A stretch of 64,000 nt of DNA from Alphaproteobacteria bacterium (GCA_965205265.1 CBDBGH010000003.1:2720001-2784000), one strand, 5' to 3'. Positions 40,002 to 50,649 are shown, numbered from the stretch's first letter. Numbers and translations: made by a program. Notes: generated from the letters alone by a model not told the origin.

Positions 40002-42016
40002 GGATGTTGTCCGGAGCTATCTGGCTCCGCTGAGTTTCCGCCGCCCGCACAGGGCGGATTTGCTTCCACAACACTCTGTACCGCCGTCGGGCTACCGGCG
40101 TTGCGGGCGGTTTTGCGCGCCTGCCGCCAGCCTGGGACGTTGGATGCTTTGCGACCGGTCCCGTTGGTCTCGCAAAACCTCGACGCCGTTCCGCAATCGC
40201 CGATCGGGCAGATCGGCAATCCCCCGAATTGTCAACTCGGAAATGGAGACACGGTTATGAAATTCACAACGGTCCTGAGGACCTCGATGGTCCTTCCGCT
40301 CGTCGCCCTGCTGGCGCTTGCCGGCTGCGGGGGCGGAGGAGGCGGAGGCACCGCCATGAACACCGGCGGGCCCGAATCGCCCGGCACCGGCGGACAACCC
40401 GGAACGGGAACCGGAGGACAGCCGGGCACAGAGCCTCCGACGCTGCCGCCTGCCACGCCTCGGACGCCAACCCTAGCCGAACTGGTTCCGGATCCGGCGA
40501 ACATGTTCGGGACCTTCTCGAAGGGGCTCCGTCTCGATAGCAGCGCCGGTCGGTCGTCTGTGAGCAATCGATTCTCGATCTCCTCTGTCGCGAGCGATGG
40601 CGATAGCGGGTTCCATGTGACCTATGTCGTCGACGGCACGGAAGAGACCGTTCATTTCTCCAAGGCCGACTTCGGAACCCGGGACTCAACCTCCTATACC
40701 AAGGATGTCGGCGGTCGACAGTACTGGCTCTGGGGCTATAGCGGCGGCTACGACGGTGTGGGCTACGGCATCGGGTCCGAGTTTCTCTACTTCGATCTTT
40801 TCGGCTCTCATCATCCGTCAGGAGGACGTATTCACACCATTTACGGGGTCCCGACCGGATCGAGCGGCATGCCCACAGGAACGGCAGCCTACTCGGGGCG
40901 GATGTTTGCCGATCAATACGACAACACTGTCGGCTCCACCTCCAGCCGTGTTGCCCGCGGTCGGGTTCAGGGCAATCTGGTCCTGACGGCGGACTTTGCG
41001 GACGCGACCCTGTCAGGGCGCATTTTCCGTCTCCGCATTCAACCACCGGGTGAATCGTCATACGAAAACATGCCCTCCACGACCCGGTTCGACATAGCCG
41101 ATGGCGCGATTGCCGGCGACGGGTTCACGGCCACTCTGACGGGCGTGGACGACGATGCGAACGCTCCGTTGGAAGACAGTATGCGCGGATTCACAGGCGA
41201 CATATCGGGCCGGTTCTACGGACCGAACGCGCATGAGTTCGGCGCGGTCTTCACCGCAGCCCGCGCCACGGACGCTACGGACGACTCGGCAATCCTAGGA
41301 CATTTGGGCGGCAGGCGCACCGATGTCGTCGGCGAGCACATGGACAACGAACCGTTGCAGGCCGGCGTCAACCGCCTCGACTACAGCTCGGCATCGCCCC
41401 GCGTTGTGGCCCAGGACGCGAACAACCGGATTACATCGATCGAAGCGGACGATGCTGGCGGATACACGGTCTCCTATCTTGTCGACGGGACGCCGCAGAC
41501 CGTGTCGCTGGGCGTCGATGACCTCGGTAGTTCAACTACTTCGCGCGACGCCTATCGCAAGAGAACTGGGACCCTCTCGGCGTGGCTCAGGCGTCCGGGG
41601 TGGTTAGTGCACAGGGTGCCGCAAGGGCTCCACTACAATGTGAAGGACTGGTCGCTCGTCGTTTATCCTGACGGGACTTCGACTTCGCTGGACTCTGGTG
41701 TCTGGGCGTCCGTTGTGCATGGCACCCGGACCGCCTCCACGAGCATGCCGCAGACGGGAATGGCGACCTATGCTGGCAGAGCGTCGGCCTATGTCTTCGA
41801 ACCCAGCCCGGGAGAGGGGCGCGCCTCGTCCAACTATGCTGAAGGCTACAGCGGCTCGCTGACGTTGTCGGCGGACTTCGCGGCGGGCAGCGTCTCCGGC
41901 CGGATTTCCGACCTCGAGCATAGCCCGACATACTTCAACAGCGGCACCTACAGTGCGGCCGCTGGCGAGTTCACGATCTCCAACGGAGCCATCCAGGGGA
42001 ACGCCCTGTCCGGCAC

Positions 42017-43932
42017 CCTGACTTCGACGGTTGGGCTGACTTCTGACCGATCTCGCGTCTGGAGTTTTCAGTAAAGCCAATGAGTTGGCAGTTGCGGTGC
42101 GGTCAAGCTGCGTTGTAGTGCCTAGTAAATCTTTGAGACTGTCAATGCCTCCGCCACGCGCTACACTCCCCCCATGTTCGTGCGCATCAAGACCTCCCCC
42201 AACAGCCCGCGACGCTCGGTCCAGATCGTCGAGGCCGTGCGCGACGGCGGCAAGGTCCGACAGCGCATCGTCCGCCATGTCGGCGTGGCCATGGACGAGG
42301 ACGAGCTCGAGCGCCTGAGGCAGCTCGGCGAGTACGTCAAGGCGAAGCTGGAGGACGAGCGTCAGCCGGCATTGTTTGCGCCCGAGAAGATCGCTGAGCA
42401 GGCGATCCGTGTCGGCCGCCGGGGGGACGGCAAGGAGGAACTCCCGGTCGACCTCAAGCAGCTTGAAGAGGAGCAGCGCCTGATCACAGGCATCCACGAG
42501 GTCTATGGCGAGATCTACCGGCTGCTGGGCCTCGACGCGCTGCTGCCGCGCTCGCGCTACCGGGCCTCCCATGACGCGCTGTTCCATGTGGTGATGGCGC
42601 GGGTAGCCAACCCCGACAGCAAGCGGGGCAGCGTGCGCCGGCTCGAGGAGGACTTCGGCGTGAGTCTTCCGCTCGAGAAGGTCTACCGGATGATGGATCA
42701 GCTCGACGCGACGGTGATCGAGCGACTGCGCACGCGCGTCGGCGAGGCGAGCCGGTCGCTGCTGCCGGAGCCGGTCGCGATCCTCTTCTTCGATTGCACC
42801 ACGCTCTACTTCGAGACGGCCGCCGAGGACGAGCTTCGCCAGCACGGCTTCAGCAAGGACGGCAAACACAAGGACTCGCAGGTTCTGCTGGCGCTGATGG
42901 TGACGCGCGAAGGGCTGCCGATCAGCTACGAGGTCTTCCCCGGCGCCACCTACGAGGGACACAGCATGGTCCCGGTCCTGCAGGACATGCAGCGCCGCCA
43001 CCAGGTGGAGCGCACGGTATGCGTGGCCGACCGGGGCATGCTGAGCGCCGACAACCTCGACGCCATGGACGCCATCGGCGGCGAGTATGTCGTCGGCGCG
43101 CGGCTGCGCAAGCTGCCGCTCGCGCTGCTGGGGCAGGTTCTCGACCCCGGGACCTATGCCCCGCTGGAGGGCTCACAGGACCGCCGGGTCGGCGAGTGGG
43201 AGTACAAGGGCCGTCGCCTGATCGTCGTCTTCTGCCCCCAGCGCGCACGCAAGGACGCGCACGAGCGCCGCCATCAGGTGGAACGCCTGCTCGACAGGCT
43301 GGCCCGCAGCGACAATCCCAGGGAACTGCTCTCCAATCACGGGGCGAAGCGCTTCATCGCCGTCGAGGGCGACGCACGGCTCACGGTGAACCCGGAGAAG
43401 ATCGCCGAGGCCGCACGATGGGACGGGCTCACCGGCGTCATCACCAATCTGCGCGACGCGCGCGTCACCGAAGTGATGGCTCACTACCAGGGGCTCTGGC
43501 AGGTCGAGGAGAGCTTCCGGATCACCAAACACGACCTGAAGATACGTCCCATCTGGCACTGGAACCCGGACCGGATCCGCGCTCACATCGCCATCGCCTT
43601 CCTGGCCTTCGCCTGCGTTCGACACCTTGCGTACCGCGTCGCCATCCAGAAGCGGCGGATGTCCCCGGAGGTCATCCGCTCCGCCCTCGTCCACCGCCAG
43701 TGCTCCCTGCTGCGCTGTCGGCAATCGGGCAACCGCTACGTCATCCCCTCGAAGCCGACACCGGCGGCGGAGCAGATTTACGCAACCATGGGGCTGCCCC
43801 TGACGATCACCCCGTATCAACTCGCCTGACCGTCGACGAAGCACGGCTCGAAGAAATGCCGGATGTAGTGCCTAGCCGAAATGAGAACCAGGCAATATCA
43901 ACTACTTATGCGAATCAACCGTCGAAGTCAGG
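42017..43932 (+). mobile_element. IS1634-family element
   Basis: 17-bp perfect IRs CCTGACTTCGACGGTTG / CAACCGTCGAAGTCAGG. Confidence 0.92.
42174..43829 (+). CDS. IS1634-family DDE transposase
   Basis: FFDCTTLYFE, GFSKDGK, VADRG, Y..LWQVEESFR..K. Confidence 0.93.
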   Translation: MFVRIKTSPNSPRRSVQIVEAVRDGGKVRQRIVRHVGVAMDEDELERLRQLGEYVKAKLEDERQPALFAPEKIAEQAIRVGRRGDGKEELPVDLKQLEEEQRLITGIHEVYGEIYRLLGLDALLPRSRYRASHDALFHVVMARVANPDSKRGSVRRLEEDFGVSLPLEKVYRMMDQLDATVIERLRTRVGEASRSLLPEPVAILFFDCTTLYFETAAEDELRQHGFSKDGKHKDSQVLLALMVTREGLPISYEVFPGATYEGHSMVPVLQDMQRRHQVERTVCVADRGMLSADNLDAMDAIGGEYVVGARLRKLPLALLGQVLDPGTYAPLEGSQDRRVGEWEYKGRRLIVVFCPQRARKDAHERRHQVERLLDRLARSDNPRELLSNHGAKRFIAVEGDARLTVNPEKIAEAARWDGLTGVITNLRDARVTEVMAHYQGLWQVEESFRITKHDLKIRPIWHWNPDRIRAHIAIAFLAFACVRHLAYRVAIQKRRMSPEVIRSALVHRQCSLLRCRQSGNRYVIPSKPTPAAEQIYATMGLPLTITPYQLA

Positions 43933-44538
43933 AGAACTGGGACCCTCTCGGCGTGGCTCAGGCGTCCGGGGTGGTTAGTGCACAGGGTGCCGCAAGGGCT
44001 CCACTACAATGTGAAGGACTGGTCGCTCGTCGTTTATCCTGACGGGACTTCGACTTCGCTGGACTCTGGTGTCTGGGCGTCCGTTGTGCATGGCACCCGG
44101 ACCGCCTCCACGAGCATGCCGCAGACGGGAATGGCGACCTATGCTGGCAGAGCGTCGGCCTATGTCTTCGAACCCAGCCCGGGAGAGGGGCGCGCCTCGT
44201 CCAACTATGCTGAAGGCTACAGCGGCTCGCTGACGTTGTCGGCGGACTTCGCGGCGGGCAGCGTCTCCGGCCGGATTTCCGACCTCGAGCATAGCCCGAC
44301 ATACTTCAACAGCGGCACCTACAGTGCGGCCGCTGGCGAGTTCACGATCTCCAACGGAGCCATCCAGGGGAACGCCCTGTCCGGCACCTTGTCAGGTCTA
44401 GGCTACAGCGGCACCGTCTCGGGCGCCTTCTACGGGCCGGCTGTCGACGAGGCCGCCGGCGTGATGCAGGCGGCGGGACCGGAAGGCAAGCTGCTTCACG
44501 GCTGGTTCGGCGGCGCCCGCCAGTAGCAACGCCCGCAG

Positions 44539-45849
44539 GTGCGCGCGGGCGCACTCCCGGCTGCGGTCGCGGCAGCGCTGCTGTTCGCCGCGACCGCGTT
44601 CGGTCAAACGGACGGTCCCCCGAACCGACCAGACGACATGCAGTTCGGCCGGCTTCTGTTCGAGGCCGGCCGTTTTCGTGACGCGCGCGCGTTCCTGGAG
44701 CAGGCCCGGCCGGGCGACGAAGAGGAGAAGGTCGAGCGGCTGTTCCTGTTGGGCCTCGTCGAGGCGCGGCTCGGCCACCTGCGGGAGGCCGCCGAGCGCT
44801 TCGAATCCATCCTCGCCCAGCGTCCCGAGCTGACGCGCGTCCGGCTGGAACTGGCCCGCGTCTATGGCCTGCTAGGACGCGACGAGAAGGCGCGCTTCCA
44901 TTTCGAAGCGACGCTTGCTGACGAACTACCGTCCTCGGTCGAGGAGGCGGTCGAGGCCTGGCTCGATCGCATCGACGCACGCAAGCGCTGGTCGGTTTCC
45001 GTCTCCGCCGCGATCCTGCCGGAGAGCAACCCGGCGAAGCGCACGGATGACGACGAGGTGCGCATTGGCGGCGTGCCGTTCCGGCTCGACGAGGATGCCC
45101 GTGAGGCCTCGGGTACGGGTCTCCTGTTCAGCGCGGGCGCGCAGTATTCGCCCGTGCTGGCCCACGACTGGCGCGGCGTTCTCGCCGTCTCGGCGGCGGC
45201 GAAGCTCTACGAGCAATCCGACTGGAACGATATTTCGGTCCAAAGCGATATCGGGATCGCGCGATTGTTCGACCGGGGCAGCGCAAGCGGTGGCATACGC
45301 CTCGGCCGGCGGTGGCTGGACGCAGATCGTTACAGCGACGGCATCGGTCCCTGGATGCGCGGCCGTCTGCGGCTGTCTCCGGCGTTGCGGATGGACGCCA
45401 CGCTAAATGCGGAGCGCCGCGACCATCCACAACATCCGGGCCTTGACGGCTGGACCGTTACATTCGGCCCCGGTCTGGACTACGCTCTCAGCTCCCGGAC
45501 GACCCTCCGGGCCGAACTCGACCTCGAACATGTAGAGGCCCGTGAAGATCGCCACGGCAGCCGGCTCGTGGGTCTGACCTTCGGGGTCTCCCATGCCTTC
45601 GAAGGCGGCCTCTCCGTGTCGCCCAGGGGGGCCGTCCACTGGCGGCGCCATGCAGGCCGGGACCCTCTCTTCGGGACGACGCGCTCGGACCGGCAGACAC
45701 GCCTCTCCGTGAACCTGCTCCACCGAGCGCTGCGATATCGCGGCTTTGCGCCCTATGTTGGCTTCTTCGTCGAGTGGAACCGGTCCAATATTCCGGTCAA
45801 CAGCTACAGCAACCGGGGCGGCATTCTCGGGGTCTCCAGGTCCTTTTAG
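44539..45849 (+). CDS. second Slam / DUF560 outer-membrane translocator
   Basis: Signal peptide, TPRs (RVRLELARVY), LPESNP, barrel ending GVSRSF. Confidence 0.88.
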   Translation: MRAGALPAAVAAALLFAATAFGQTDGPPNRPDDMQFGRLLFEAGRFRDARAFLEQARPGDEEEKVERLFLLGLVEARLGHLREAAERFESILAQRPELTRVRLELARVYGLLGRDEKARFHFEATLADELPSSVEEAVEAWLDRIDARKRWSVSVSAAILPESNPAKRTDDDEVRIGGVPFRLDEDAREASGTGLLFSAGAQYSPVLAHDWRGVLAVSAAAKLYEQSDWNDISVQSDIGIARLFDRGSASGGIRLGRRWLDADRYSDGIGPWMRGRLRLSPALRMDATLNAERRDHPQHPGLDGWTVTFGPGLDYALSSRTTLRAELDLEHVEAREDRHGSRLVGLTFGVSHAFEGGLSVSPRGAVHWRRHAGRDPLFGTTRSDRQTRLSVNLLHRALRYRGFAPYVGFFVEWNRSNIPVNSYSNRGGILGVSRSF

Positions 45850-46011
45850 CGCCGCGCCCCGAAGACAAAAGAGAAGAGAAGCCCCGGATTTCGGTAAGGT
45901 CGCGTCATGGCCCCAGTTGTACCATGTATGGCTATGGGCAGAAACCGAAAATGCCAACTCGATCAGGGGAAGCGCTTTTGAAGATTCTGTAACGGCTTCG
46001 GCGTTTGGATT

Positions 46012-46105
46012 GTAAGCGATGGTGGGCCGCTTGGCTTTCGGCTTGACGGGGGACGAAATTCCAGGGAGCAAGTCGTCGATGCGGCTGTTTGGATGCAAGC
46101 CTCCG
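46012..46105 (-). mobile_element. IS66 right-end remnant
   Basis: GTAAGCG terminus; minus strand encodes HPNSRIDDLLP, matching the TnpC tail HPNDRLDELLP. Confidence 0.7.
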
Positions 46106-46177
46106 AGGTAACCCGCCCAGTGGGAGAGGACCCCAACGGCACGCTCCAAACATGAGCCTGTATTGGACGCCTTGGCA

Positions 46178-47077
46178 TTACTGCCGTTTTGCGCCGAACG
46201 CGCCGACATAGGCCCCGGTGTCGAACACGCCCCAGGCCTCCTCGTGGGCGGGACCGTGGAAGTGCCCGTCGATGCGGTCGGTTCCGGCCGTGCCCTTGCC
46301 GAACCCGCCGTCGGACGGTGTCATGCCGATCCATCTGAGCGCCACGCCGGCGCCGCCGTCGTCGAGGTCAATGTCGACATCGACGAGGGGCCGCGACAGG
46401 TCTGCGATCCGCAGTTCCGCGGTCCCGGTAAGGCGCGCGAAGTCGGCGGTCCGGGCCGCCTCGGCGATACCTCGCCAGGTGGCGCTCCCTGTCCCGGCGG
46501 GGCTCGTCCCCGACGCCTCGCCGGCTGCCCAGGCATACGCCGCGTCGAAGCGGCCGCTCCACAGCTGCCCATCGGCCTCGGCCGCCAGCGTGCCCGCGCC
46601 GATCTCCACCGCCGCATAGCCGTGCTCGCCCCAGAAGCCGTAGCGCGTGAACGACGCATTGGAGACCGTCGCGGAGGCCCCGGAGAAGACCCTCGTGAGC
46701 GGCGGTCCGCCTGTCGTTCTCGTAACCGTCCCGAACCCGTCCCGCGTTCCGGCGCCGCCGGTGTCCGACAGATCCCGCAGGTCGCTCGCCGCGCACCCCG
46801 CGGCCGGGCAGGACAGAGGCACGGACCCGTCCTCTTCGATCGACAGTGCGCCGTCGCGCTCGAGCGTGTAGCCGAAGTGAAGCCACGAGACGACTTGTGC
46901 TGCGGAAGATCCGGCAGCAGGCGGCCGGGGCTCTGTCACAGGCGGTTGGGGCCCGGTGACAGGCGGCTGGGGACCGTCGCCGGAGGGGGAGCCGCCCCCG
47001 CCGCCGCAGGCAGCCAGCGCCAGCGCAGCCGCGAGCGCGGCGGCGCGCAGGGCCCGGTTCTTCATCGGGGTCTTCAT
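46178..47077 (-). CDS. single-lobe TbpB-like surface lipoprotein
   Basis: Lipobox LAAC-GGGGG, Pro-rich linker, barrel end GHFHGPAHEEAWGVF..VGAFGAKRQ. Confidence 0.85.
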   Translation of the reverse strand: MKTPMKNRALRAAALAAALALAACGGGGGSPSGDGPQPPVTGPQPPVTEPRPPAAGSSAAQVVSWLHFGYTLERDGALSIEEDGSVPLSCPAAGCAASDLRDLSDTGGAGTRDGFGTVTRTTGGPPLTRVFSGASATVSNASFTRYGFWGEHGYAAVEIGAGTLAAEADGQLWSGRFDAAYAWAAGEASGTSPAGTGSATWRGIAEAARTADFARLTGTAELRIADLSRPLVDVDIDLDDGGAGVALRWIGMTPSDGGFGKGTAGTDRIDGHFHGPAHEEAWGVFDTGAYVGAFGAKRQ

Positions 47078-47133
47078 TGCACCCGGCCTCCTTGCCGGCC
47101 GGCGGCCCGTCCGGATCGTCATGTCCGCCTCCC

Positions 47134-50100
47134 TCAGAACCGCAGCAGCAGGTCGAGCCGGAGCGCGTGCTCCGGCGTTGCCGCCGCGCGCTCGCGGCGC
47201 TCGCCCGCAAGTTCCAGGCGCAAGTCCGCGCGCGATGCGTCGAACCGGGTCCCGATCTTGAGACGCCCGCTGTCGCCCCCGGCAAGGCCCGCTTCCGCGA
47301 ACGGCGTCAGCACGCCCGCCGCCGCCAGGCCGAACCCGTAGCCGAGCCGCGCATCCACAGCGCCGCTGTTGCCGGACGCCGACGGGTTCGGCATCTCATC
47401 GCTCCACAGCGCCCGCGCGCCGCCCGCATCCGCGCCCCAGCGCGGGCTGAGCGCGAAGAACAGGCCGCGCCCGTCCGCCCCCGGACCGGCCCGCGCGGTC
47501 AGGCTCACGCCCTTCTCTTCCGCACCCTCCTCGCTGTGCGCCGTGAGCCAGCGCCCGCGCAGCTCCACCGCGATCTCCGGCGCAACCCAACGCAGCCCGC
47601 CGGCAAGCTCGACGCCGCTGCCCTCGAGGCCATCGCCGCCGTCCTGCCGCATCGCCGCCTCCAGGAACGGCTCGAACGCGGCATCGCCTTCCAGAGCGAA
47701 GCGCCGCGAGGCCTCCATGCCGGCACGCAGCCGCCAGCTGTCGGCGGACAGCCCGTGAATGGCGTCCGGGCCCTCTTCGATCTCGACCCGCGTGATGCTC
47801 GCATCCGCCCGTACCGCCAGCGCGACGCCGGCGAGATCGGGAAGCGCCCGCCTGGCCCCCAACGACGCCATGCGCATCGTGAGGCCGCCGGTCTCCGTCG
47901 CCCCGTCCTCCGGCTTGTGGCGCGCCTCGCCCTCGCCCGCGCCCACCACGCCGCGCAACTCAAGCCCGTCGCCCAGCGTCCAGCGCCCGTAGGGGTAGGC
48001 CGCCGTCAGCGATGTCTCCAGCCGGCCCCGGCCCGACGGGTCGTCGCCGGCAAAGGCGTAATCCGCCTCGCCCTCGCCGTGCGAGACCGCAAGCCCCGCC
48101 ACCCAGGGCCCGGCCCGTGCGTCAATCCCGAGCCAGCCCGTGCGCAACGCCCCGTCGTAGCTGAGCCCCGCCTCGCCGCGGCCCGCGAACGTCCCGAGAT
48201 CGCCCCGGCCCCACACGGCCCATAGCGGCGTCGTCGGGCTGGAACCGCTGCCCTCCGACGCGCCCAGATGCAGCGAGAAGGCGCTCGCGCCGAACAGCCG
48301 GCCGGCTTCCATCGTCCGGCTCCCTGCCGCCGCGCAGCCGGGGAGGCCGCCATAGCCGCCGCCGAACCGTTCCGCCGCGCAGGGCCGCAACCCGTTGTTC
48401 TCCGCGGTAGCCGTCGCGGCGCCGCCCTCCAGCGGCAGCCACTCGCCCGCCAGAGACAGGCCGCTCGCGCCGATGTCGCCGAACCTGGCGCCGATATTGT
48501 CCAGCGCGCCCGCCGTCGCGCGCCGCGCCACTGCCGCAAGCGCCTGCTCCACCGCAGCCTGAACCCGCGCCCGGCGCGGGTCCTCCGCCACGATTATGGC
48601 GAACGCGAGCTCAGCCGCGTCCCCGTCCTCGTCGGTCGCCCTGTAGGTGTAGGTCGTCGCCGCCTGGGTCGTCGTGGGTGTGCCCGTCAGCCTGCGCGTC
48701 AAGGGGTCGAACGACAGTCCCGCCGGCAGCGTCCCCAGCAGATCGTAGGTCAGCGTGCCGTCGCCGCCACTCGCCGCCGGAAGCAACAAATCCGCCATCG
48801 TCCGGTCCTGCGTCCAGGTCCGGTCCGGGATCGATGCATCGGCGGCAAAGCTCGGCGCCAGGTCCGTCACTGTCGGCCTCGAACTCGAGCCCGGCGGCGA
48901 ATTGGTCCTCGCGCGGCGTGTGCTCCGGGCCAGCCTGGGGGCGGGGTTGCCCGGACCGAGCGCGGTGACGGTAATGTCGTACTCGGTATTCGCCTCGAGG
49001 CCCGTGAATATGTGCGAAGTGGACGTGATGTCGTCTGACCCGGACAGGGTCGAGTTACTGACCTTCACGCTCCGGACCGCGTAACGCGTGGCGCCGTCCA
49101 CCGTGTCCCAAGTCGCCCGAAGCCGGTCGGTGGCGCCGTCCACCGCGGCCACCGTCAGGTTCGGGACTGCCGCCAGCGCCTCCTCCACCTCGATGGTGAA
49201 GGTCAGGGTCGCTCTGTCGCTGTCGGCGTCCGCAACCCTGTACGCGTAGGTCGTCGGGCCCTGCAGCGCCGTCGGCGTGCCGGACAGCGTCCGCGTCTCC
49301 TCGTCGAAGCTCAGCCCATCCGGCAGGAACAAGTTCCCGGGAGGGCCCAGAACCGAGTAATGCAGCGTCCCGTTGCCACCCGTCGCCGCCGGCAGAACCA
49401 GTGGCTCGATCTGCACGTCCTTCGTGAAGGACCGGTTCGCGATCGACGTGCCGGGCCGGAATGACGGCATCAGATCCTCCGCCACCACCGTGATCGAGAA
49501 CGTCAGCGATGCCGTGCGGTTCTTACGGTCCGTCGCCGTGTACGTGTAGGTCGTCTTGCCCTGCAGCGCCGTCGGCGTCCCGGTCAGAGCGCCGGGGTCC
49601 GGTCCGGCCGTTGACGCTCTGTTGGCTTCGAATGTCAGGCCCGCCGGCGGGGACGGACGCAGGGCGTAGGTCACCACGTCCCCGCTTCGCGCCCGCGGAA
49701 ACTTCAGCAACTCGATGTCAAGGCCCAAGGAGTAGATCTGGTCGGCGATCGACGCATCGGATGCAAAGCTCGGCGCGGCGTTGCCGTCGTCGTCCGTCAC
49801 CGTGACCCGCACGGAGGGCCCCCTGTTCACGTCGCCAAAGCCGGCGACCGCGTGGTCCACCTGCGCCCCGCGAGCCCTTTCGTTCACGAGGTTGTCGTTC
49901 ACTCCGGTCACGGTCACCGACTGAGGCATGTGCCAGTTCGCGGCCGTGAACCGAAGCGGCGTCGTGTCCACGCGCGCGTTCCCGGCTTGATCGGTGTGGA
50001 TGCTTGGCGTTACCGTCACCGTGCCCGTCGGCCGTCGGCCCAGAACCACCGTATAGCTCGCCTCGTTCTCCTTCGCTGACGTCGCCGGATCGTCAGCCTC

Positions 50101-50649
50101 CGCGACGACCAGATCCCGCGGCGTTACCGTCACGGCAGGGCCGTCATCGTCGAGCATTACCACTCGCACGACGTACTGCGAGCCCGGGCGGTAGCCTGCT
50201 CCGGACCTGACGATGAACTGCAGCCAGCCGTTCGGCTCATGGCTGTCGTCGCCGACAGTCCGGACGCGGATCGTCTTTTCGCTCTCTCCCCGATAGAAGG
50301 TGACGGTCCGTCTGCCGGTGTCCATCGGTTCGGCAATGTCGCTCCACTGGCTCTCGCCCACCGAGACGTTCACGGTCACGCCGCCCTGCGGCGCCGGGCT
50401 CGACAGCGTCACCGTGAAGGTCGCGTCCGTCCCCTCGAGTACCGGGCCTTCCCCTGCGACGCTGGCGCTCGGCACTGTCTGCGCGTGGGCCGGAAGCGAC
50501 ACGAGCGCGCCAAATGCAAACAGGAAGGCAAGGCGGCGGAAGTCACGGGACAACGCCAACGGAGCCCGGCGGGGCGCCCGCACCGTGCAAGGCACAAGCA
50601 CGCCCGGCGCTCCGTTCCGCGCCGGATTGTTCTCGGGATCGTTCGACAT
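47134..50649 (-). CDS. autotransporter-like adhesin (Calx-beta, three Ig/cadherin-like repeats, FN3, C-terminal beta-barrel)
   Basis: Signal LPAHA-Q; EGTDATFTVTLS; three PxGLxF..L.GTPT..TTYxY repeats; FTGLEANTEY; terminal LLLRF; start codon uncertain. Confidence 0.82.
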   Translation of the reverse strand: MSNDPENNPARNGAPGVLVPCTVRAPRRAPLALSRDFRRLAFLFAFGALVSLPAHAQTVPSASVAGEGPVLEGTDATFTVTLSSPAPQGGVTVNVSVGESQWSDIAEPMDTGRRTVTFYRGESEKTIRVRTVGDDSHEPNGWLQFIVRSGAGYRPGSQYVVRVVMLDDDGPAVTVTPRDLVVAEADDPATSAKENEASYTVVLGRRPTGTVTVTPSIHTDQAGNARVDTTPLRFTAANWHMPQSVTVTGVNDNLVNERARGAQVDHAVAGFGDVNRGPSVRVTVTDDDGNAAPSFASDASIADQIYSLGLDIELLKFPRARSGDVVTYALRPSPPAGLTFEANRASTAGPDPGALTGTPTALQGKTTYTYTATDRKNRTASLTFSITVVAEDLMPSFRPGTSIANRSFTKDVQIEPLVLPAATGGNGTLHYSVLGPPGNLFLPDGLSFDEETRTLSGTPTALQGPTTYAYRVADADSDRATLTFTIEVEEALAAVPNLTVAAVDGATDRLRATWDTVDGATRYAVRSVKVSNSTLSGSDDITSTSHIFTGLEANTEYDITVTALGPGNPAPRLARSTRRARTNSPPGSSSRPTVTDLAPSFAADASIPDRTWTQDRTMADLLLPAASGGDGTLTYDLLGTLPAGLSFDPLTRRLTGTPTTTQAATTYTYRATDEDGDAAELAFAIIVAEDPRRARVQAAVEQALAAVARRATAGALDNIGARFGDIGASGLSLAGEWLPLEGGAATATAENNGLRPCAAERFGGGYGGLPGCAAAGSRTMEAGRLFGASAFSLHLGASEGSGSSPTTPLWAVWGRGDLGTFAGRGEAGLSYDGALRTGWLGIDARAGPWVAGLAVSHGEGEADYAFAGDDPSGRGRLETSLTAAYPYGRWTLGDGLELRGVVGAGEGEARHKPEDGATETGGLTMRMASLGARRALPDLAGVALAVRADASITRVEIEEGPDAIHGLSADSWRLRAGMEASRRFALEGDAAFEPFLEAAMRQDGGDGLEGSGVELAGGLRWVAPEIAVELRGRWLTAHSEEGAEEKGVSLTARAGPGADGRGLFFALSPRWGADAGGARALWSDEMPNPSASGNSGAVDARLGYGFGLAAAGVLTPFAEAGLAGGDSGRLKIGTRFDASRADLRLELAGERRERAAATPEHALRLDLLLRF

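Larger units (their letters stand above)
41561..44388 (+). repeat. 457-bp direct repeat flanking IS1634 (41561-42017 and 43932-44388)
   Basis: Both copies run GAGAACTGGGACCC...CCGGCACC, offset 2371 bp, and appear identical by eye; 455 bp if the terminal C/G are assigned to the IS. Confidence 0.93.
40257..44526 (+). pseudogene. bilobed TbpB-like surface lipoprotein interrupted by IS1634 (intact form 40257-42017 + 44389-44526, 632 aa)
   Basis: Lipobox LAGC + poly-Gly/Pro linker; two homologous lobes (LTADFADATLSGRI..FYGP / LSADFAAGSVSGRI..FYGP); immediately upstream of a Slam gene. Confidence 0.88.

Noticed and set aside
39867-40256. SAERRAP-repeat N-terminal extension of the lipoprotein
   Set aside because: The lipoprotein has its own SD, ATG (40257) and signal peptide; the extension is the translated heptamer tract.
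41561-44388. DGR template/variable repeat pair
   Set aside because: Copies appear identical with no adenine-specific differences, no reverse transcriptase is present, and they abut IS ends.
43978-44526. Independent 182-aa gene
   Set aside because: It is the duplicated segment plus the true 3' end of the interrupted lipoprotein and has no signal peptide.
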